Assembly: GCA_029266495.1 (NCBI GenBank)
Contig: JAQSWS010000032.1
Coordinates: 1,089 to 65,088, forward strand
Source of the DNA: Rariglobus sp.
Lineage (GTDB): Bacteria > Verrucomicrobiota > Verrucomicrobiia > Opitutales > Opitutaceae
Direction: 5' to 3'
DNA length: 64,000 nt
The position numbers and the translations under genes were made by a program. Shown here piece after piece: positions 24,853 to 34,629 of the stretch. The notes below the pieces were generated by a model, which saw only the letters and a list, made by a program, of their open reading frames with translations, was not told the DNA's origin and searched no databases. Positions within the stretch are counted from its first letter, which is position 1; each line of letters opens with the position of its first letter.

Positions 24853-26244
24853 TCAGCTCGAATAAAACGCGTTGATCTTGTCGGCGACGTCGCGGAACCC
24901 GATGTCGTCGCTGTAAATGATCTTATACTCGGCGATGGCCTCGGTCTTTTTGCCCATGCTTTCGTAACACGAGGCGAGTTCGTAGATGACGTCCTTTTTA
25001 AGGTCATCCATCCCTGGAAGCTCGCTCTTGGCCGTCTGAAACTGGGCGACCGCGAGATCGAACATTTTGCGCGCCTTGAGCGCTTTGCCCATGCCCGTGA
25101 TCGCAGAGATGCGCACCTTCGGATTTTTCTGGGCCTGCTGGTAGTTGGCGATGGCGTTCTGGTAGTCCCCCGCCTCGAAATGAAGATTTCCGAGCGTGAA
25201 GCGCGCCGCGTAGTCGTTCGGATAACGCTCCACGTAAGCCTTCGCTTCGGCGAGCTGCGTCTCGGCAAATTCGCGCTTTGCCTTGGCCAGCGCGGCCGCG
25301 AACTCGGCATTTTCCGGGGAAAGCGCGACCTGGGATTCCAGCTCCTTGATCCGTTTCTCAAGGATCGCCGTCCGGAGATCGCTCGCCTGCTTCGCAAGCG
25401 TGGTGTCCGCCGCACCCGAGGGAAGAGCACGGGCCTTCTCGACGTATTCGAGCGCCTCGTCGAGCTTGTTGAGCTTCCGGTAGCCGTCGACCACGCTGCG
25501 GTAGTGGTTCAAATTGTCGGGCTGCATCTTCAGGCGCTCAAGCGCCTCGTCGATGAGCTTCTGGGTCATCTCCTCGGAGGTCACGATCTTCGACGCCTGC
25601 TCGAGCATCGTGGATTGGGATTCGTCCTTCAGCTTGTCGCGGAACGACCCCTTGTCCTCCCAGTTGCCCTTCTCGGTTGTCTGCGCGATCGCGGCCTTGC
25701 GCATGAGGCTGAGCGCGTCGCCATCCTGGGGCTTCAGCTTGAGCAGTTCGTCAGCGGCGCGCAGCGCGTCCTTCGGACGTTTCGCGACGAGGCAGGCCTC
25801 GCCAAAATTCAGGAGTGCTTCGCGATCTCCGGGGTTCAGCTCATGAATCGCCTCCCAGGCGAACGCAACGGTGTCGGGCATGTCGAGGCCTTGGGCGGCC
25901 TCCGCCAGCAACTTGAGCGCCGGCACGCTGGTCGGATCCGACGCGAGCATCTTCTCGGCGGTCTCCAAGGCCTTCGAGGGGTCTTTTTTTCCGCCACCGA
26001 AGAGAAAACCGGCCTGGGTCACGGAGCCAAACGCCTTGGCGAACAACTTGTTTTTCGACCCAAGTTGACGGAGTTGCGCCACGCGTTGCAGCCGGCGCAC
26101 CGGCAGGCAACCAGGAGCCGATTTTAAAACCTGGGTGGTGACGTCGAGAACATAGTCGAGATTGCCGCGCTGCAGCGCGATCTGGGAATTCTCGATCTGC
26201 TTCTGGACGCGGGGATCTAGCGATGAAACGGGGATTTCTGGCAT
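24853..26244 (-). CDS. Tetratricopeptide repeat protein
   Basis: Multiple TPR-like helical repeats; C-terminal YELASCYE...DIGFRDV. Confidence 0.82.
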   Translation of the reverse strand: MPEIPVSSLDPRVQKQIENSQIALQRGNLDYVLDVTTQVLKSAPGCLPVRRLQRVAQLRQLGSKNKLFAKAFGSVTQAGFLFGGGKKDPSKALETAEKMLASDPTSVPALKLLAEAAQGLDMPDTVAFAWEAIHELNPGDREALLNFGEACLVAKRPKDALRAADELLKLKPQDGDALSLMRKAAIAQTTEKGNWEDKGSFRDKLKDESQSTMLEQASKIVTSEEMTQKLIDEALERLKMQPDNLNHYRSVVDGYRKLNKLDEALEYVEKARALPSGAADTTLAKQASDLRTAILEKRIKELESQVALSPENAEFAAALAKAKREFAETQLAEAKAYVERYPNDYAARFTLGNLHFEAGDYQNAIANYQQAQKNPKVRISAITGMGKALKARKMFDLAVAQFQTAKSELPGMDDLKKDVIYELASCYESMGKKTEAIAEYKIIYSDDIGFRDVADKINAFYSS

Positions 26245-26300
26245 AGGGGAATAGAAGAAAGAATTCACACCCCCATCACGGGTCAACGCTAGATTCCCGC

Positions 26301-27623
26301 TCAAACCACCTGCAAATCAACAGCGGCGGCGGTCGCGAGCCGTTCAATTCCCGCCAAGACCGCGCCGTCGGATGGACCTTCGACCAGCAGGCGCAATTTC
26401 GCCTCCGTCCCCGAGAACCGCACCAGGACGCGTCCTTGCGATCCCAACTCAGTCTCCAGCGCGGAGATCTCCTGCATAAGCGTCCGGCAGTCCGTCAGTT
26501 CACGCCGCTCCTTTACTTTCAAATTACGGGTCGCCTGCGGGAACTTTTTCAGCCCCTTCCGCAGTTCGGAAAGCGGACGTCCGCTGGCGAGCATCACCTC
26601 GATCACTTTCAGCGCCGCCACCAGCCCGTCGCCCGTCGGCGACGTATTCAAAAAAATAATATGCCCGCTCGACTCACCGCCCAGCGTCGCCCCCAGCGCC
26701 TGCATCCGTTCAATCACATAACGGTCGCCCACCGCGGTGCGCGCGACGCGTCCGCCGGACGCGTTGACCGCGGCATCGACCCCAAGGTTGCTCTGAACCG
26801 TCACCACCAAGGTGGAGGTGGCCAGCTGGCCTTGGGCGAGCGCATGCAGGGCCAGCAGCGTCAGCACCTCGTCACCGTCCAGCACGGAACCGGTTTCATC
26901 GCAAAAAATACACCGGTCGCCATCGCCATCGTGGGCGATGCCGAGGCGCGCCCCGCTCGCACGGACGGTCTCCGCGAGTTTTTCCGGATGCTCACTCCCG
27001 ACTCCCGCGTTGATATTATGTCCGTCGGGCGCATCGCCGATGCCGGTCACCTCGGCTCCGAGGGCTCGCAACACCACGGGACTCGTCGCGGTGGTCGCTC
27101 CGTTGGCCGTATCCAGAACGATGCGCCAGCCGGCCAGAGATTGCGCCGGCAACAGCCCGCGCGTGGCCGCGACATAATCCGACACTCCATTGCCCTCCGG
27201 CAGCGATAACAACGGCGTGCGGGATTCAGCCAGCATCAACGACTCGATGCGGACCTCGTCCTCGTCGGTGAGTTTGACGCCCGTGCTGGTGAAAAACTTG
27301 ATTCCATTATCCGCCGCCGGGTTGTGCGAAGCCGTGATCACCACGCCCAGCACCGCATCCGACCTGCGCACCGCGCGCGCCACCGCGGGGGTCGGCAGAA
27401 CCCCCAAGGAAACCGGCTCCATCCCCGCGGCCGCCAGCCCGGCGGCAACCGCCTTCGCCAGCGAGTCCCCCGAGGCGCGGGTGTCGCGTCCGATGAGCAC
27501 CCGCCCCTTGCCGCCCGCCCAACGCGCCGCCGCCTCGCCCAGCCGGGAGGCAAACGACTCGTTGATCACCGGCCCGCCATAAGGCCCACGCACGCCATCG
27601 GTGCCAAAGTAGCTGCGTTTCAT
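26301..27623 (-). CDS. glmM: Phosphoglucosamine mutase
   Basis: YFGTDGVRG, TASHNP, DGDGDR, GGESSGH, VRFSGTE. Confidence 0.93.
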   Translation of the reverse strand: MKRSYFGTDGVRGPYGGPVINESFASRLGEAAARWAGGKGRVLIGRDTRASGDSLAKAVAAGLAAAGMEPVSLGVLPTPAVARAVRRSDAVLGVVITASHNPAADNGIKFFTSTGVKLTDEDEVRIESLMLAESRTPLLSLPEGNGVSDYVAATRGLLPAQSLAGWRIVLDTANGATTATSPVVLRALGAEVTGIGDAPDGHNINAGVGSEHPEKLAETVRASGARLGIAHDGDGDRCIFCDETGSVLDGDEVLTLLALHALAQGQLATSTLVVTVQSNLGVDAAVNASGGRVARTAVGDRYVIERMQALGATLGGESSGHIIFLNTSPTGDGLVAALKVIEVMLASGRPLSELRKGLKKFPQATRNLKVKERRELTDCRTLMQEISALETELGSQGRVLVRFSGTEAKLRLLVEGPSDGAVLAGIERLATAAAVDLQVV

Positions 27624-28666
27624 TTTTTAAAAAATTCGCGGGTGGCCGCAATCTTCGCCCTGACCGCCCCGCCCAGGAGCAGTTCCCTCGCCCGCCCGGC
27701 GCCCTCGGCGACCGACCCTGTGCGCCCGGTGATCCAGAGCGCGGTCGCCGCATTGAAGACAATCGTGTCCACCAGCCCCGCCGGTCCGCGCCCGTCGAGC
27801 AGCGCTTCGACGATGGCGAGATTGGTCGTGAGGTCGCCTCCCTCGAGGTCGGCGAACGGCGAGGTCTTAAAACCGTGATCGGCCGCGTTCCAGACCCCGT
27901 CCACGCCACGAAGCCTGCCGATGCCCCGCACCCGGTTCGAGGTCGCTGTAGTGAGTTCGTCGATACCGCGCCCCGGGGCGATCACTCCGTGGGCGGCCAG
28001 ACCGGCCCCGGTCCCGAGCAGGTCGAGCACCTCCGCCAGCTTTTCCACCCAGCTCTCCGAGAACACTCCGAGCAGGATGTGCGCAGGCCTTCCCGGATTG
28101 ATCAACGGTCCGAGGATGTTGAAAACCGAGCGACGTCCCTGCGCGGCGAGTTGCCGGCGCGCCGGGGCGATGTGCTTGAACGCAGGATGATAGGCCTGGG
28201 CGAAGAAGAAGGCGAAACCCAGCTCGTCCAGCGCGCCCCTCACTTTTTCCGGCGAGGCCTCCAGGTCGACTCCGAGCGCCGCCAGCAAGTCGGCGCTGCC
28301 GCATTTGGAGGTGATTCCCCGGTTGCCGTGCTTCATCACGGTCACGCCGGCGCTCGCCAGCGTCAGGACCACCAGACTGGAAATGTTAAAGCCGCCCGCC
28401 ATGTCGCCGCCCGTGCCGACGATGTCGATGGCGCCGTCCGACCAGCGCCCGACCCCCGGGTCGATGGCCCGCGCCCGGAACGCCTTTGCAAAGGCCGCGA
28501 TTTCCGCGGCGGTTTCGCCCTTGTCCCCCAAGGCCGTTAGAAACGCGATCTTCGCGTCGTCGCCCGTGTCAGGCGACATCAGGGTGAGGGCCGCGGACTC
28601 CACCTCGGCGGCCGACAGTTCCCGGGACGCCCGCAACCTGACGATGTGTTCATTGAGGTCTTGCAT
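27620..28666 (-). CDS. trpD: Anthranilate phosphoribosyltransferase
   Basis: DIVGTGGD, FNISS, KHGNRGITSKCGSAD; ATGA overlap with glmM. Confidence 0.94.
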   Translation of the reverse strand: MQDLNEHIVRLRASRELSAAEVESAALTLMSPDTGDDAKIAFLTALGDKGETAAEIAAFAKAFRARAIDPGVGRWSDGAIDIVGTGGDMAGGFNISSLVVLTLASAGVTVMKHGNRGITSKCGSADLLAALGVDLEASPEKVRGALDELGFAFFFAQAYHPAFKHIAPARRQLAAQGRRSVFNILGPLINPGRPAHILLGVFSESWVEKLAEVLDLLGTGAGLAAHGVIAPGRGIDELTTATSNRVRGIGRLRGVDGVWNAADHGFKTSPFADLEGGDLTTNLAIVEALLDGRGPAGLVDTIVFNAATALWITGRTGSVAEGAGRARELLLGGAVRAKIAATREFFKK

Positions 28667-28728
28667 GGAGGCATCCATGGAATCGGGAAACCGTCGCGCG
28701 AGGGAAGCATAAACTCGACAGCCTCCAC

Positions 28729-29754
28729 GTGCTGTGGGAGCAAACCGGGGTGCGTCGCCTATTTTTACTTCTTGGAATCGGACTCGCATTGAGCCTGCCC
28801 GCCCTCTCGCAACCGGCGGAGGGCCCGCCTTCCGAACCGCTCGCCGAACTCGGCACCCGCGATGCGATCATTCTCGGCCTGGTCGAAGGCGTGACCGAGT
28901 TCCTCCCCATCTCCTCGACCGGCCACCTGATCATCGCCAACCACGCCCTCGACCTTGAGAGCGGGCAACCGCTGCAGGATGCCGCGGGCCGGCCCATCTG
29001 GTATAAGAAGCCTTCCGCCGAACACCCCGAGGGCGTCCCGCTCACGATCAAACTCGCCGCGGACACCTATGCGGTCGTGATCCAGGCCGGCGCGATCGCC
29101 GCGGTTGTATTGATTTTTTGGGGACGCCTCGTCGGGATTCTCCACGGCCTGCTCGGGCGGAACAACGCCGGCCTCCGGCTCCTGCGCAACATCATCATCG
29201 CCTGCGTGCCCGCCGTCGCGCTCGGACTCACCACGGGGGACCTGATCGACAAATATCTGTTTTCGATCGAGGCGGTTGTCGTCGCCCTTCTCAGTGGCGC
29301 CGTGCTGATGGTGGCGGCGGAGCGCTGGCGCAGGCAACTGCCGGTGGCGAACCCGTCCCGCCTCGACCCGGCGGACCTGACCGTCCGGCAGTCGCTGGGC
29401 ATCGGCTTGATGCAGTGCCTCGCCCTCTGGCCGGGGATGAGCCGCTCCATGGTGACGATGGTCGGGGGGTATTTCGCCGGGCTGTCCCCCGCACGGTCCG
29501 CCGAGTTCAGTTTCCTCGTCGGCCTGCCCATCCTGACCGGAGCCGCCCTGCTCAAGAGCTACAAAGCCGGTCCCGCGATGATTCAGGTGTTCGGAACACC
29601 GTCGCTGATCCTCGGCAGCCTCGTCGCCGCCTGTTCCGCCGCGCTCGCCGTAAAGTTTCTGGTCGGCTATCTATCGCGCCATGGACTGGGTGTGTTCGCC
29701 CTTTACCGGGTTGCCCTCGCAATCGTCCTCGCCGGCTGGTTCTTGATGGACTGA
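28729..29754 (+). CDS. uppP: Undecaprenyl-diphosphate phosphatase
   Basis: GLVEGVTEFLPISSTGHL, PGMSRS, AEFSFL. Confidence 0.93.
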   Translation: MLWEQTGVRRLFLLLGIGLALSLPALSQPAEGPPSEPLAELGTRDAIILGLVEGVTEFLPISSTGHLIIANHALDLESGQPLQDAAGRPIWYKKPSAEHPEGVPLTIKLAADTYAVVIQAGAIAAVVLIFWGRLVGILHGLLGRNNAGLRLLRNIIIACVPAVALGLTTGDLIDKYLFSIEAVVVALLSGAVLMVAAERWRRQLPVANPSRLDPADLTVRQSLGIGLMQCLALWPGMSRSMVTMVGGYFAGLSPARSAEFSFLVGLPILTGAALLKSYKAGPAMIQVFGTPSLILGSLVAACSAALAVKFLVGYLSRHGLGVFALYRVALAIVLAGWFLMD

Positions 29755-29795
29755 TCCCCTCAGGCGGATGATCGCATGCCGGACCGTGATAGCAC

Positions 29796-29825
29796 TTGAC
29801 GACGTAAAGCGCCGCCCTCTACGTT
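29796..29825 (+). promoter_or_regulatory. Putative sigma70 promoter for the rpmF-plsX-fabH operon
   Basis: TTGACG-18 bp-TACGTT. Confidence 0.45.
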
Positions 29826-29891
29826 CATCCTTTATCACTTATCACAGACCTGTTCCTACACACGTCACCCACCCTTTAATCCACACCGACC

Positions 29892-30071
29892 ATGGCTAAT
29901 CCGAAACGCAAGCAGTCCAAACGCCGTAGCGCCAACCGCCGCGCCGCCAACGCTTTCAAGGCTCCCGAAATCGCCCGTGATCCGACCGATGGCAGCGCCT
30001 TCCGTCCTCACCACGTGAATCCCACCAACGGCACCTACCGCGGTCGCCAGGTGGTCAACGTCGAGGTCTAA
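29892..30071 (+). CDS. rpmF: 50S ribosomal protein L32 (Cys-free form)
   Basis: MANPKRKQSKRRSANRRA...RPHHVNPTNGTYRGRQV (59 aa, below the ORF-track cutoff); classical position upstream of plsX. Confidence 0.93.
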   Translation: MANPKRKQSKRRSANRRAANAFKAPEIARDPTDGSAFRPHHVNPTNGTYRGRQVVNVEV

Positions 30072-30111
30072 TCCGCGCAATACCCGCGCGTTAAGATAAC
30101 CATCCCCCGCG

Positions 30112-31200
30112 ATGGTCTCCTCTTCCGGCTTAACCGGGCATATCGCGGTCGACGCGATGGGAGGCGATTTAGGCCCGCCAGAAGTGGTCGCGGCCGTGGA
30201 ACTCGCCTTGTCTGAATTCACCGGGCTTAACCCCATCACTCTCGTGGGTGATGAGGCCGTGCTCAAGCCGCTGATCACGCGGCATGGCCTCGACGGGCAT
30301 CCCTCGTTGAGGCTTTTTCATGCCTCCGAGGTGATCACCATGGACGACAAGCCCCTCCTCGCGCTCAAGCGCAAGAAGGACGCCTCCATGTTCCGCGCGA
30401 TCGAACTGGTGAAGTCGGGCGAAGCCTCCGCCGTCGTCAGCTGCGGCAATACCGGTGCACTCATGGCCGGCGGAACCATCAAACTGCGCACCCTCGCCGG
30501 CATCGACCGCCCTGCGCTCGCCGCGATCATCCCGCGCGAAAACGGCCACTTTATTCTGATCGACGCGGGCGCCAATCCCGAAGCCGAGGCCGAGCACCTC
30601 GTCCACAACGCGCTTCTCGGCACCCACTACGCCCGGGTCGTCCTCGGGATCGCCGCCCCCCGCGTGGGCCTCCTCACCATCGGCACCGAGGAAGGCAAGG
30701 GCAACGCCCTCATCAGCGCGACCCATGAGCACCTCAAAAGCCTGGGCAACCTGATCAACTACGTCGGCCCGACGGAGGGCTTCCAGGTATTCACCGATCA
30801 TTGCGATGTCGCGGTCTGCGACGGCTTCGTCGGCAACCTCCTGCTCAAAAGCTGGGAATCGCTCGCTCATTTTTTCTCCGCCACGCTCAAATCGGAGCTG
30901 AAAGCCAATCCGCTCCGCATGGGCGGGGCGATGCTGTCCCGCGGCGCGTTCAAGGCGCTTAAAAAACGGATGAATCCCGATGTCTACGGCGGCGCCCCGC
31001 TGCTCGGCCTCCGTGGCAACGTTCTCAAGGCGCACGGCTCCAGCAGCCGCCACGCGATCAAGAACGCCATCCACGCCGTCAGCAAAATCGTCAAGGCCGA
31101 CATGCTTCACCTCATCGAAGCCGACGCCGCCCGCGCCAATGCCCTGATCAGGCCGCCCCAAGCCGCCTCCGCCGCCAAGCTGGAGGCGCCCGCCACTTGA
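30112..31200 (+). CDS. plsX: Phosphate acyltransferase PlsX
   Basis: IAVDAMGGD, GIDRPAL, DAGAN, VCDGFVGN, KAHGSS. Confidence 0.95.
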   Translation: MVSSSGLTGHIAVDAMGGDLGPPEVVAAVELALSEFTGLNPITLVGDEAVLKPLITRHGLDGHPSLRLFHASEVITMDDKPLLALKRKKDASMFRAIELVKSGEASAVVSCGNTGALMAGGTIKLRTLAGIDRPALAAIIPRENGHFILIDAGANPEAEAEHLVHNALLGTHYARVVLGIAAPRVGLLTIGTEEGKGNALISATHEHLKSLGNLINYVGPTEGFQVFTDHCDVAVCDGFVGNLLLKSWESLAHFFSATLKSELKANPLRMGGAMLSRGAFKALKKRMNPDVYGGAPLLGLRGNVLKAHGSSSRHAIKNAIHAVSKIVKADMLHLIEADAARANALIRPPQAASAAKLEAPAT

Positions 31201-31252
31201 GAGCTCCTCCCGCGCACAGCCTCGTTGCGCGCAGTTTTCCGACCTGACCACC

Positions 31253-32242
31253 ATGGGTTCCCCCGTCATCGCCATTCTCGGCACCGGCTCCTACGCCCCC
31301 GAAAAAATCCTCACCAACGACGATCTCTCCAAAATCGTCGACACCTCCGACGAATGGATTTTTTCCCGCTCGGGAATCCGTGAACGCCGCATCGCCGGCG
31401 AAAACGAGACCACCTCCCAGATGGCCGCCTCCGCGGCCCGTGCCGCGCTCGCCGATGCCGGGCTCACCGCCGCCGACATCGACCTGATCATTGTCGCGAC
31501 GATGACCCCCGACCTGCCCATGCCGGCGACCGCCTGCTTTGTGCAGAGCCACCTCGGCGTGCCGACCCATGCCGCGTGTTTCGATCTGAACGCCGCCTGC
31601 TCCGGTTTTCTCTACGCCCTCGACACGGCCTGGGCGATGCTCGGCTCCGGCCGCTACCGCCACGCCCTCGTGATCGGCGCGGAGAAAATGTCGTCCGTGC
31701 TCGACTGGACGGACCGCACCACCTGCGTGCTCTTTGGCGACGGCGCCGGCGCCGTCGTGCTCGGACCGGCTCGCGGCACCGCGCAAATGATCGGGGTCAA
31801 ACTTTACGCCGAGGGCGCGCACGCCGGGCTTCTCTGCATCCCCAACGGCGGCAGCAATCCGCCGGTTCCCGCGAACGGCACCGTCCTTGCCCCGCGCGCC
31901 ATCACGATGAAAGGCCGTGAGATTTTCAAAATCGCCATTCGCGAGATGGAGGACGCCGCCCGCGATATCCTTGAACAGCATCAGGTCTCGGCAGCCCAGA
32001 TCAACTGCGTGATTCCGCATCAGGCCAACCTTCGTATCATCGAGGTGATCGCCCAATATCTGGAACTCCCCATGGAGTCGTTCTTCGTGAACCTCGACCG
32101 CTACGGCAACACCTCCGCGGCCTCCATACCCCTGGCCTTGGACGAGGCCCGCCGCTCCGGACGCGTCAAGCCCGGCGACACCACTCTGTTCGTTGCGTTC
32201 GGGGCGGGCTTGACCTATGGGTCCGCACTGGTTCGCTGGTAA
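31253..32242 (+). CDS. fabH: 3-oxoacyl-ACP synthase III
   Basis: DLNAACSGF, PHQANLRI, YGNTSAASIP, FGAGLT. Confidence 0.95.
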   Translation: MGSPVIAILGTGSYAPEKILTNDDLSKIVDTSDEWIFSRSGIRERRIAGENETTSQMAASAARAALADAGLTAADIDLIIVATMTPDLPMPATACFVQSHLGVPTHAACFDLNAACSGFLYALDTAWAMLGSGRYRHALVIGAEKMSSVLDWTDRTTCVLFGDGAGAVVLGPARGTAQMIGVKLYAEGAHAGLLCIPNGGSNPPVPANGTVLAPRAITMKGREIFKIAIREMEDAARDILEQHQVSAAQINCVIPHQANLRIIEVIAQYLELPMESFFVNLDRYGNTSAASIPLALDEARRSGRVKPGDTTLFVAFGAGLTYGSALVRW

Positions 32243-32253
32243 CTCTTTACGAC

Positions 32254-33309
32254 ATGCCCAATTTAATCGCCCGCGCCCTGTCCCCTTTCTTCGTTCTCCG
32301 TTTCGCGCTGGCGATTCTTTCCGGTTCCGCCCTCCGCGCTGAACTCGTCTGGACCCCCTCCACCGGCTGGACGGTGGAAGGCGGCGTTCTCTCCGGTTTG
32401 ATTCCCGAGGAAGGCCGCAACGCCCTCGCCTCGATGAACAAGGCCCGAGCCGAGGAACAAAATGGCAGCCATTCGTCCGCTATGTCGCGCTACGAAAGCG
32501 TGGCCAAAAAATATCCCAATTCGATCTTTGCCCCCGAGGCACTCTATCGCGCCGCTCGCATCCGCCTCGAACGCCGCCAGTATTTCAAGGCCTTCGACTC
32601 CTTCCAAAACGTCGTTTCGCGCTATCCCAATTCCCCTCACTTCAACGAAATCATCGGCGACCAATATCGCATCGCCAACGCCTTGGTCGAAGGTGCCCGC
32701 AATCGTTACTTCGGCCTGATCCCCGGCTTCAAGAACCGCGCCAAAGGCATCACCTACTTCGAAAAGATCGTCGAGACCGCCCCCTACAGCGACTACGCCC
32801 CGCTCGCGTTGATGAACATCGCCCAAGGCCACCAGAAACTCGACGAACCCGATGAGGCCATTGATGCGCTGGACCGGATGATCAACCACTACCCCCAGAG
32901 TCTCCTCGCCCCCGACGCTTATTATAAGCTCGCCGAAACCCATGCCTCCCTCGTGCAGGGCCCCTACTACGACCAGGCCTCCACCCGCCAGGCCATCACT
33001 TACTTCGAAGATTTCCTGATTCTCTTCCCCGGCGATTCGCACGTGCCCGCCGTCGACAAGGGCTTGATCGATGTCCGCAACACCTTCGCCGAGAGCAAAA
33101 TCAAAATCGGCGACTTCTACTTCTACAAGCGCGACAACTACAAGGCCGCCCGCGTGTTTTACAACGAGGCCATCACCTCGTATCCCGATTCCGCCACCGC
33201 CGGGGTTGCCCGCGAGCGCCTGGCTGACGTCGAGGCCGCGGAAACGAAGGCCAGGACGCCGGACGTTCCCCGCCCCCAGCCCAAGCACAAGAGCTTCTGG
33301 TTGTTCTGA
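32254..33309 (+). CDS. bamD: Outer membrane protein assembly factor BamD-like TPR protein
   Basis: TPR repeats, YDQASTRQAI...F...FP, KIGDFYFY...YKAA; adjacent to lptE. Confidence 0.75.
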   Translation: MPNLIARALSPFFVLRFALAILSGSALRAELVWTPSTGWTVEGGVLSGLIPEEGRNALASMNKARAEEQNGSHSSAMSRYESVAKKYPNSIFAPEALYRAARIRLERRQYFKAFDSFQNVVSRYPNSPHFNEIIGDQYRIANALVEGARNRYFGLIPGFKNRAKGITYFEKIVETAPYSDYAPLALMNIAQGHQKLDEPDEAIDALDRMINHYPQSLLAPDAYYKLAETHASLVQGPYYDQASTRQAITYFEDFLILFPGDSHVPAVDKGLIDVRNTFAESKIKIGDFYFYKRDNYKAARVFYNEAITSYPDSATAGVARERLADVEAAETKARTPDVPRPQPKHKSFWLF

Positions 33310-33349
33310 TCGCCCCCGCCGCCGTGTGCGGCTCCGCCCCACCTTTTCC

Positions 33350-33856
33350 ATGCGCGCTTACCTCTTTCTTTGCCTCAGCGGACTGCTGCTTCTTTCCGGC
33401 TGCGCCAACTACCGCCTCGGCACCGGCGGAACCGTCTCCTTCCGCACCCTCTATGTCGCTCCGGTCGTCAATGAGAGCAACCTCCCCCAGGCCGTCGCCA
33501 TTGTCAGCACGCAGCTCCGCGAGGCCTTTCTCCACGACCCGCGTATCATCTTGGTGAATACCGCGGGCGAGGCCGACGCCACGCTCACCGTCACCCTCGT
33601 CAACTATACCCGCGACGTCCAGACCCGCCAGACCGCCGACACCGGCCTTGCCCGCAAATTTGACATCGCCCTCAACGCCGAGGCGACCCTGCGCGACAAC
33701 CGCGACGGCAAGCTCCTCTTCGAAAAACGCAAGGTGCAGGCGGTCCGCCAGGTCTTCGTCGACAGCGGCCAGCTCCAGGCCGAATACCAGAATGTCCCCC
33801 TCCTCGCGGAGGTGCTCGCTAAAAACGTCCTCGCCGCCACGCTCGACGTGTGGTGA
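33350..33856 (+). CDS. lptE: LPS assembly lipoprotein LptE family
   Basis: Lipobox LSGC followed by NYRLG; YVAPVVNES. Confidence 0.8.
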   Translation: MRAYLFLCLSGLLLLSGCANYRLGTGGTVSFRTLYVAPVVNESNLPQAVAIVSTQLREAFLHDPRIILVNTAGEADATLTVTLVNYTRDVQTRQTADTGLARKFDIALNAEATLRDNRDGKLLFEKRKVQAVRQVFVDSGQLQAEYQNVPLLAEVLAKNVLAATLDVW

Positions 33857-33953
33857 TCGTCCGGAATCCGCGGCTGGAAACGTTACCTGCCTCCTCGCGT
33901 CTGACGAAGAATTCGGCTTTCCATCGCGCGCGCTTCACCCTGATTGTTCCCGC

Positions 33954-34610
33954 GTGAAGCACGCTTCGATTCTTGCCCCATCCATCCTCGCCGGCGACCA
34001 CGCCCACCTCGCGGGCAGCGCCCAGACCGTGGCGTCCCTCGGCATTCCGTGGATCCACCTCGACATCATGGACGGTCACTTCGTGCCCAACCTTACGTTT
34101 GGTCCGCAAACCGTGGCGGCACTCCGCAAGGGTTCCTCGCTGTTCTTCGACACGCACCTGATGCTCGACGAGCCGCACCGCTACATCGAGCCCTTCGCCA
34201 AGGCCGGCGCCAATCTCATCAGCATTCACATCGAGCCGGCCTACGACCACGCCGCCACCCTCGCCCGTATCCGTGAACTCGGCTGTCAGAACGGGATCGT
34301 GCTCAACCCCGGCACCCCCGCCGAGGCGATCGAACCGTTCCTCGCCCTCGTCGACCTCGTGCTCGTGATGACAGTGCAACCCGGCTTCGGCGGACAACCA
34401 TTCCGCCGCGACATGCTTTCCAAAATCGCACAGATCGACCGCTGGCGCCAGGAGCGCGGCCTCACCTTCCGGCTGGAAGTGGATGGCGGCGTCGACCTGA
34501 AGACCGGCCCCGAATGCCGCGCCGCCGGAGCCGACACCTTCGTCGCAGGCACGTCCTTCTTTGGCGCGACCGACAAAGCCTCCGTCGCCCAGGCCATCGC
34601 CGCGTGGTAG
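33954..34610 (+). CDS. rpe: Ribulose-phosphate 3-epimerase
   Basis: LAPSIL, HLDIMDGHFVPNLTFG, MTVQPGFGGQ, EVDGG; GTG start. Confidence 0.95.
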   Translation: MKHASILAPSILAGDHAHLAGSAQTVASLGIPWIHLDIMDGHFVPNLTFGPQTVAALRKGSSLFFDTHLMLDEPHRYIEPFAKAGANLISIHIEPAYDHAATLARIRELGCQNGIVLNPGTPAEAIEPFLALVDLVLVMTVQPGFGGQPFRRDMLSKIAQIDRWRQERGLTFRLEVDGGVDLKTGPECRAAGADTFVAGTSFFGATDKASVAQAIAAW

Positions 34611-34629
34611 CCGGCAGTTCGCCCCGGCC

